Source of the DNA: Candidatus Methanoperedens sp.
GTDB lineage: Archaea; Halobacteriota; Methanosarcinia; Methanosarcinales; Methanoperedenaceae
NCBI GenBank assembly: GCA_041494705.1
Contig: JBGQBI010000004.1
Span: 296,471-328,470 of the forward strand
Reading direction: 5' to 3'
DNA length: 32,000 bases
The notes below the pieces were generated by a model. It made no database searches. It was not told the DNA's origin and saw nothing but the letters and a program-made list of their open reading frames with translations. This document shows, piece by piece, positions 26,178-32,000 of the stretch. Positions within the stretch are counted from its first letter, which is position 1. Every line of letters begins with the position of its first letter. The translations under genes and the position numbers were made by a program.

Positions 26178-27038
26178 TCATACCCCCATCAAAATCCGAA
26201 GCGTGTTCCTGGCCGCCGGGGAAAGCCCTAGCACCAGTATGGCAAGTTTCATCATAGCTATAAGTTTCTTTTCTTTTTGGACATCAAATTTGTTATCCAG
26301 CATATAAAGCACAGGTATGAACACGAGCAATTTAAGCGGATACATCACAAGCGAGGGGTGGTCCGTATAATTTCCTGCCATGTCAATAAAAAATGTGGGA
26401 GCCACATGCTTTTCATAATATCCGAGCCAGTCAATTCCGATAAATGTAGAAGAGGCATCCAGTAGATGGGTGAAGAGTATAGATATATTGAGTTTATCCG
26501 TAAGAAGCGTGAACCTGAATTGCCTGGATACCAGATATACAATACCGGTCGTTATAATCCCTAAAATCAATATGGCAGCCGCGGGAACAGGATTTGTTAT
26601 TTTACCAATATCCAGGAGCGTTGCTATATTGATAGCAGTCCATACAAGCCCCGCATAGCCGAAAAACGCATGATAATCCTTAATTTTCCCTTTCCGTTCA
26701 AGGACAATGGCAAGTACAAGAAGGCTTACCGTTACTGCAAACATGAAAAAATAGATGATGGGCGTTATAAAGAGATATTCAAGCGGCGGCGTGAAGGCTT
26801 TTGAATCCTCAAGCACGCGCAGGGATGAGCCCGCAAGAATATACGGCGTCACCGCAATCATGAATCGCGTATCGATGTCCACATCAAGTTTTTCCAGTAA
26901 CTTTAAGACTCCGAAAAGGCTTATACCAAGCAAAATCGCATAAGTGAGCGTGTCCACAGGATTGTAGGACGTATCATTGATTATGCCGTTTATGTAATAC
27001 TTATATATATACTGCCAGACGGTATTTATTATATCCAT
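26178..27038 (-). CDS. DUF63-family archaeal membrane protein
   Basis: 286 aa polytopic protein. [22 protein letters not shown] matches my recollection of DUF63. It ends 1 nt before the SpoIIM-like gene starts. Confidence 0.6.
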   Translation of the reverse strand: MDIINTVWQYIYKYYINGIINDTSYNPVDTLTYAILLGISLFGVLKLLEKLDVDIDTRFMIAVTPYILAGSSLRVLEDSKAFTPPLEYLFITPIIYFFMFAVTVSLLVLAIVLERKGKIKDYHAFFGYAGLVWTAINIATLLDIGKITNPVPAAAILILGIITTGIVYLVSRQFRFTLLTDKLNISILFTHLLDASSTFIGIDWLGYYEKHVAPTFFIDMAGNYTDHPSLVMYPLKLLVFIPVLYMLDNKFDVQKEKKLIAMMKLAILVLGLSPAARNTLRILMGV

Positions 27039-27049
27039 ATCGTGACCTT

Positions 27050-28111
27050 ATGAAAGAGAAAAACTATAAAAACAAATGGATGCAGCTGCCAAGAAATGTA
27101 GTCGTTGGTCATGGTGTTATCAATGACACAGGTAAGGTTTGTAAAGACCTTAAGCTTAATGGGAATGCGCTCATAGTAGCCGGGGGCACAACTTTTAAGG
27201 CAGCAGGGAAAACGGTTGCTGTATCTCTTGAAGATTCTGGTTTTAATGTAAATTTTGCGAAGGTTGAAAATCCCACGCTGGATGAGGTCAATAAAGTTGA
27301 GAAAATCTCAAAAGAGGTAAAAGCAGAATTTTTATTGGGTGTTGGAGGGGGGAAATCCATTGATATCGCCAAGCTTGCCTCCATGCACCTTGACCTGCCC
27401 TTCATCAGTGTCCCTACGGCGGCATCGCATGATGGTATAGTTTCTTCGCGCGCCTCCATCATAAGAAATAATAAAACCGTTTCAGAAGCTGCACAGACCC
27501 CTCTTGCGGTTGTGGCTGATACCGCTATCATTGCGGCTGCGCCGTACCGTCTCCTTGCAGCAGGATGCGGGGACATCATTTCCAATTACACTGCTGTCCG
27601 GGATTGGGAGCTTGCACACAGGCTTCGCGATGAACCCTTCAGCGAATACGCATCCATAATATCAAAGCTGACTGCGAAAGTATTGATTGATTCCGCAGGG
27701 TTGATAAAACCGGGACTGGAAGAATCGGCATGGACTGTTATGAAAGCTCTTGTGGCAAGCGGTGTCGCCATGAGTATTGCGGGTTCGTCACGTCCTGCCA
27801 GCGGCTCCGAGCACAAGTTCAGTCACGCGCTGGATGAGATTGCCCCCAAACCCGCGCTTCATGGCGAGCAGTGCGGCGTGGGAACTATAATGATGATGTA
27901 CCTGCACGGCGGTGACTGGCAGGAAATCCGCGCAGCACTGAAGGCAATCGGCGCGCCCACAAATGCTTCCGAACTCGGGATAGGGGAAGAGCATATTATA
28001 AAAGCGCTCCTTCATGCACACAAGATTCGTCCTGAGAGATATACCATACTCGGGACAGGACTGACACGGGAGGCGGCCGAGAAAGTGGCAAGGATTACAA
28101 AAGTGATATAA
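27050..28111 (+). CDS. egsA: sn-glycerol-1-phosphate dehydrogenase (archaeal lipid backbone synthesis)
   Basis: 353 aa iron-ADH-superfamily protein with [21 protein letters not shown] and [12 protein letters not shown] blocks typical of G1PDH. Confidence 0.85.
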   Translation: MKEKNYKNKWMQLPRNVVVGHGVINDTGKVCKDLKLNGNALIVAGGTTFKAAGKTVAVSLEDSGFNVNFAKVENPTLDEVNKVEKISKEVKAEFLLGVGGGKSIDIAKLASMHLDLPFISVPTAASHDGIVSSRASIIRNNKTVSEAAQTPLAVVADTAIIAAAPYRLLAAGCGDIISNYTAVRDWELAHRLRDEPFSEYASIISKLTAKVLIDSAGLIKPGLEESAWTVMKALVASGVAMSIAGSSRPASGSEHKFSHALDEIAPKPALHGEQCGVGTIMMMYLHGGDWQEIRAALKAIGAPTNASELGIGEEHIIKALLHAHKIRPERYTILGTGLTREAAEKVARITKVI

Positions 28112-28144
28112 TTATTATAGAATATTAAAAACAGGTGAAATCAT

Positions 28145-28594
28145 ATGGAAGAATCAGATACAATAATAACTTTGATAGGAACAAAACTTGCAAAAATCGG
28201 GAACGAGTTCATTTATAAAGGCGGCGCAAAGGAATGCGAGCCATGTAAACTCAATAAAACATGTTTGAGCCTCAATCCCGGAAGTAAATACAGGATAACC
28301 GGTATTCGAACCGGGGGAAAACTTGAGTGTTTTGTGCATGATTCCGGCGTTTGCGCCGTAGAGGTAATCGAGGCGCCGATTATGATGGCTATCGAATCCA
28401 GAAAAGCGATAAAAGGCTCAAAAATAGTGTATGAACCAGTTTCGTGCAATCTTTCATCCTGCGAAAATTTCAGGTTATGCCGCACTTCAGGACTCAAGCC
28501 GGGTGATAAATTCACAATCATGAACGTGGAGAGCGATATAAGCGAACCTTGCAGGAAAGGTTTTTCATTGAAAATGGTGGAGGTTAAAAGATAG
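28145..28594 (+). CDS. UPF0179-family conserved archaeal Cys-rich protein
   Basis: 149 aa. The pattern ITLIG...CEPCKLNKTC...YRI... and its size match my recollection of UPF0179. Unverified. Confidence 0.55.
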   Translation: MEESDTIITLIGTKLAKIGNEFIYKGGAKECEPCKLNKTCLSLNPGSKYRITGIRTGGKLECFVHDSGVCAVEVIEAPIMMAIESRKAIKGSKIVYEPVSCNLSSCENFRLCRTSGLKPGDKFTIMNVESDISEPCRKGFSLKMVEVKR

Positions 28595-28595
28595 T

Positions 28596-28832
28596 ATGCT
28601 ACAAAATATCAACCAGGATACATGCATGGATTGCGGGGTCCCCCTCGCTGGTAAAAAGAGGCATCCCGTATATTCAGCGAGGCTTGCTGTCCTTGGATAC
28701 AGGTGCGAAGCATGTAATGAGAAAAGTAAATCCCCGGGGCAAAAAAAGCGGGAGGAAGAAATCAGCAAACTCACAAAAGAAGTGCCCAAACTTGAAAACC
28801 CGAACATGGACATCAGGAAGTCACTAAAATAA
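28596..28832 (+). CDS. Small zinc-ribbon protein, function unknown
   Basis: 78 aa with CMDC...CEAC (two CxxC pairs) and a Lys/Glu-rich tail. Starts 1 nt after the upstream stop. Confidence 0.5.
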   Translation: MLQNINQDTCMDCGVPLAGKKRHPVYSARLAVLGYRCEACNEKSKSPGQKKREEEISKLTKEVPKLENPNMDIRKSLK

Positions 28833-28885
28833 ATAATGCATTTTTGGTAAATTATATAACATGATGATTCATATAATCAAAAAAA

Positions 28886-29506
28886 ATGATTAAGAAATGC
28901 CCGAGTCACGGATTCTTTAGAGGAGAAACCTGCAGTTGCGGTGACGCAGGAACTATCGTACTTACTGACGAGCAGACAGAAAGGCTTGGCAGGTTTATCT
29001 CCGGGGCGCTGCGGCATTTCCCGGATGATCTCGGCCTGGCGATGAATCAGCACGGATGGGTGGATGTGGATGTCCTTATTGACGCCATGAGGACGAGATA
29101 CAAGTGGTCAAACAAGGAAAAGCTTTTTTCGATAATAGAATCGGATGAGAAAGGCAGGTATGAGCTAAAGGGCAATAAAATCAGGGCGCGATATGGTCAT
29201 TCGGTTGATGTAGACCTTGATTATCCTGAAAATACGCTGCCTCAGCTTTACTATGGGGCAAGTCGCGAGGAAGTGGATATCCTGCTTGAAAAAGGGATAA
29301 AACCCATGAAACAGCGATATGTGCACCTGAGCACGTCTGTGGAAAAAGCAAGGGAAGTGGCAAAGATACATACTGATGACCCGGTATTGCTGGTAATAAA
29401 TGCTGAATTGGCCCGGAATGACGGAGTGACCATGCTTTCAGCTACCGAAAATATCGTTCTTTCCGAGGAGATTCCGCCGCAGTATCTGGGTTTATTGCAG
29501 GAATAA
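28886..29506 (+). CDS. kptA: RNA 2'-phosphotransferase (Tpt1/KptA family)
   Basis: LSGALRHFPDDLGL..., GNKIRARYGHSV and RYVHLS motifs. The N-terminal Cys cluster is common in archaeal KptA. Confidence 0.85.
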   Translation: MIKKCPSHGFFRGETCSCGDAGTIVLTDEQTERLGRFISGALRHFPDDLGLAMNQHGWVDVDVLIDAMRTRYKWSNKEKLFSIIESDEKGRYELKGNKIRARYGHSVDVDLDYPENTLPQLYYGASREEVDILLEKGIKPMKQRYVHLSTSVEKAREVAKIHTDDPVLLVINAELARNDGVTMLSATENIVLSEEIPPQYLGLLQE

Positions 29507-29621
29507 CGTAACGACCAGGGTATTTTTGCAGTAAGCTATTTATATCTGTAATAATATCCTTATTATTACTTAGAAAAATGGCGCTTTCGCGTCATGGGGA
29601 TTCTAAAAGAAGGGTTGGGTT

Positions 29622-30155
29622 TTGAAAAGTAGACAGGGAAACAGTTCATGCTGGCACAATAAGTTACAGGGAGCCCTGTTCATATCGGCGTTTTTGACAT
29701 GGGGTCTTGGCGATGCAGTCACCAGTTTATGGATGATTGAACACCGCGGTATTACGGGAGAGGCGAATCTGATTGCACAGTATATAATTATAAATTATGG
29801 CGCTTCAAGTTTTATAGCAATGAAAATATGGTTCACAACCATAGTTCTTTTTTTTGTACCCTTTTTAATGCAGAAAAGGTCACAGGAACCAGTCTACTGG
29901 ATGATTAACGGCTATTTTTGCTCCTTTTTTGTTGCAGGAGTATTAGCTATGATTCTCAATATGCAGGCAGCTCAGAATGAAGCGCTTCTCCTTTCACCCG
30001 AACAGGTGATATTTTTATTTTTAAGTTTGATTTTTATATTGACCAGCGTTGGAGAAGAAGTTGATAAACGGACAAACCCCAGGATAAGAAGCTATTTTGA
30101 TTGTTTTTTGTATGATATTGCAAAAGTACAGGCTTTCATTAATAATCTTAATTAG
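29622..30155 (+). CDS. Polytopic membrane protein, function unknown (possibly DUF5658-like)
   Basis: 177 aa ORF with 4-5 hydrophobic helices. The GDAVTSLWMIEHRGITGEANL segment resembles DUF5658 as I recall it. The start is a TTG and is uncertain. Confidence 0.4.
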   Translation: MKSRQGNSSCWHNKLQGALFISAFLTWGLGDAVTSLWMIEHRGITGEANLIAQYIIINYGASSFIAMKIWFTTIVLFFVPFLMQKRSQEPVYWMINGYFCSFFVAGVLAMILNMQAAQNEALLLSPEQVIFLFLSLIFILTSVGEEVDKRTNPRIRSYFDCFLYDIAKVQAFINNLN

Positions 30156-30563
30156 TAATCCCCTTTATAGCATCAAAAGGATGCTCAAATCATTTTTGGT
30201 AGGGTGATGCTGGCCAAGGCAATTAAAGCAAGGACCCACAATGCGATTTTTCCTTTTGTTAGCCTGATGTTCGAGAATATATTGGTCATATATTATCCGT
30301 TTTCTTTTAATATAGTTTTTGTCCTCATTAGTAATAAATGTTTCTATAGGGCGTAGATGTTTTTTCGGTCATTCTCATTCATAAGAATCGTCTCTACCTT
30401 TTATTTATCAAACGGGTAAGATAACATTACCAATTACAAATTATTTCGCACCCTCTCCTCCTTTCCACGGGCCATGCATGAATGCGGTATGGTGCGACCT
30501 TGGGAAATCTCCCGCGGTAGGATTGGGAAAAGGTGCACGTCTAAATAAGAAGGAGACAAAAAA

Positions 30564-32000
30564 ATGAACAAAAAACTAATATTTGGGTTAATACCGGTGG
30601 TAGTAATAACTTTATTAATACCTGGGGCTTTGAGTTCGTGCGGCTATCTCAGTAGCTTCGAAAAAACGTACCCCGATGCGGTAGGATCAAGAATTGATAC
30701 TTGCGAGCTCTGTCATATCAACCCGTCTGGCGGAGGACCATTGAACTCCTATGGTACAGATTTTGCGAACAATAGACACAACTTTACAGCAATAGAGTCA
30801 AACGACTCGGATAAAGATAGATTTACCAACATTGCTGAAATCAATGCCACGACTTTCCCTGGCAATGCACTCGACAATCCATTAACCCCAAAACAGACAC
30901 CGGCTCTCGACGGGGCGACATTATACTCCAGCTACTGCCAGGACTGCCATAACCCACTGACATCTTCCAGCAAGCTAGGGGCTACGGCGGCGCAGATTCA
31001 GATTGCAATCAACACAGTCCCCGAAATGAAAACCCTCTCCCCACTGAGAATGGCGCAGCTCCAGGCTATCTCAACCGCCCTGGCTGTGTCGCCAACTTCT
31101 TCACCGACTACGGCTCTTGACAGGGCGGCACTTTACGCCAGCTACTGCCAGGGGTGCCATAACCCACTGGCATCTTCAACCAAGCACGGAAGAACGGCAG
31201 ATCAGATTAAGAATTCCATCAGCACTGTTTCAGCCATGAAATCCCTCTCCTCTCTGAATTCGGCGCAGCTCCAGGCTATCGCAATCGCGCTGGGTGCGTC
31301 GCAAACACCAATCCCGTCGGTGATTCTCGACGGGGCGTCACTATACGCCGGCAACTGCGCAGGCTGCCATAGCTCCCTGGCATCTACCGTCAAGCCCGGA
31401 AGAACGGCGGCGCAGATTCAGAATGCCATCAGCGCAGTCTCCTCCATGAATTCCCTCTCTTCCCTGAGTTCGGCTCAGATCCAGGCTATCGCAGCCGCCC
31501 TACCTCCAGCACCGGCACCAACGCCACCACTAGCACTAACTACGACTCTTGATGGGGCGACACTATACGCTAGCTTTTGCACAAGCTGCCATAGCTCCCT
31601 GGCATCTACCTCCAAGCCCGGAAGAACGGCGGCGCAGATTACGAGTGCCATTAGTTCAGTTCCTGACATGAGTTCCCTCTCTTCCCTGAGTGCGGAGCAG
31701 ATCGCGGCTATCGCAGCCATCCTACCTGCAATCCCGACACCAACGCCATCACCAACTCCGACCCTCAACGGGACAGCACTCTACGCCGGCAACTGCGCAG
31801 GCTGCCATAACCCTCTGGCATCTACCACCAAGCCCGGAAGAACGGCAACGCAGATTACGAATGCCATCAGTACTGTTTCTACCATGAGTTCCCTCTCTTC
31901 CCTGACCTCCCTGAGTTCGGCGCAGATCACGGCTATTGCAGCCATCCTACCTCCAATTCCGACACCAACGCCATCACCAACTCCGACCCTCAACGGGTCA
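30564..32000 (+). CDS. Secreted or lipid-anchored modular c-type cytochrome (N-terminal CxxCH module plus tandem monoheme modules), 3' end beyond the window
   Basis: ATG at 30564 is preceded by AAGGAG, and the frame is open for 479 codons to the window edge. It is not in the ORF track because it has no stop. Signal peptide with LSSC lipobox. Six CxxCH motifs: CELCH, CQDCH, CQGCH, CAGCH, CTSCH, CAGCH. Confidence 0.85.
   Translation, partial: MNKKLIFGLIPVVVITLLIPGALSSCGYLSSFEKTYPDAVGSRIDTCELCHINPSGGGPLNSYGTDFANNRHNFTAIESNDSDKDRFTNIAEINATTFPGNALDNPLTPKQTPALDGATLYSSYCQDCHNPLTSSSKLGATAAQIQIAINTVPEMKTLSPLRMAQLQAISTALAVSPTSSPTTALDRAALYASYCQGCHNPLASSTKHGRTADQIKNSISTVSAMKSLSSLNSAQLQAIAIALGASQTPIPSVILDGASLYAGNCAGCHSSLASTVKPGRTAAQIQNAISAVSSMNSLSSLSSAQIQAIAAALPPAPAPTPPLALTTTLDGATLYASFCTSCHSSLASTSKPGRTAAQITSAISSVPDMSSLSSLSAEQIAAIAAILPAIPTPTPSPTPTLNGTALYAGNCAGCHNPLASTTKPGRTATQITNAISTVSTMSSLSSLTSLSSAQITAIAAILPPIPTPTPSPTPTLNGS
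30906..32000 (+). repeat. In-frame tandem coding repeats (periods 210, 210, 222, 216, 225 nt)
   Basis: Module starts (L(D/N)G..LY) are at 30906, 31116, 31326, 31548, 31764 and 31989. The later copies share long identical strings, e.g. ccgacaccaacgccatcaccaactccgaccctcaacggg occurs twice. Confidence 0.9.

Noticed and set aside
29548-29569. 9-bp A/T-only hairpin GTAATAATA-TCCT-TATTATTAC downstream of kptA
   Set aside because: It is an almost pure A/T stem in an AT-rich spacer. It may help termination, but it is indistinguishable from chance.
30185-30289. 34-aa minus-strand ORF (MTNIFSNIRLTKGKIALWVLALIALASITLPKMI) with one hydrophobic helix
   Set aside because: It is too short to support from sequence alone and has no convincing SD. 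It could be a real small membrane peptide, but it is not callable here.
31202-31993. Three minus-strand ORFs (63, 97, 70 aa) and one plus-strand ORF (31690..31887)
   Set aside because: They are antisense or off-frame products of the GC-rich tandem repeats. They repeat with the same period as the cytochrome modules, and only the 30564 frame carries CxxCH motifs, a signal peptide and an SD.
30906-32000. Regular ~210-225 bp periodicity that could be mistaken for a CRISPR or satellite array
   Set aside because: The period is far too long for a CRISPR array and there is no short-repeat/unique-spacer structure. The whole region is one open reading frame and the repeats are protein modules.
1-32000. 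Search for tRNA, rRNA, other known RNA genes and transposase/integrase genes
   Set aside because: No spacer showed a cloverleaf-compatible acceptor/T-arm pattern or rRNA-like sequence by eye. No ORF had recognisable transposase or integrase motifs. A covariance-model scan (tRNAscan or Rfam) would be needed to exclude small RNAs.

Overview
Archaeal chromosomal window. The gene content is euryarchaeal: DnaG primase, RFC small subunit, an RPA-RPAP-Rpe operon, aIF6-L31e-L39e, sn-glycerol-1-phosphate dehydrogenase, KptA and UPF-type archaeal proteins. The c-type cytochrome points to a Methanosarcinales/ANME-like or Archaeoglobi-like lineage, but that assignment is inference only. About 47 protein genes are called, tightly packed, many with GGTGA/GGAGG Shine-Dalgarno sites. 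I recognised no rRNA, tRNA or CRISPR array. Most of the window is housekeeping. Four regions stand out. (1) 18.8-22.3 kb, minus strand, visibly AT-rich: eight tandem, mostly stop/start-overlapping paralogs of a small 4-TM membrane protein with a conserved DER-x5-(E/D)KA loop and a KKGD C-terminus. The array ends in a 64-aa XRE-family HTH regulator, is followed by a LolA-like lipoprotein, and is preceded by a TATA box plus a perfect 9-4-9 palindrome. (2) 24.4-25.7 kb: a Fic gene bracketed by a perfect 44-bp direct repeat that duplicates the 3' end of the neighbouring SpoIIM-like gene, which looks like an integration footprint without an integrase. (3) 30.56 kb to the window end: an open-ended ORF missing from the ORF track because it has no stop. 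It encodes a signal/lipobox protein with an N-terminal CxxCH module followed by at least five tandem 70-76 aa monoheme cytochrome c modules joined by Pro/Thr linkers. (4) 13.2-14.2 kb: a HEPN/minimal-nucleotidyltransferase pair with a wHTH fused to the transferase. Smaller items are a class II-type HMG-CoA reductase, a small ferredoxin ORF that looks frameshifted, and several long intergenic hairpins.
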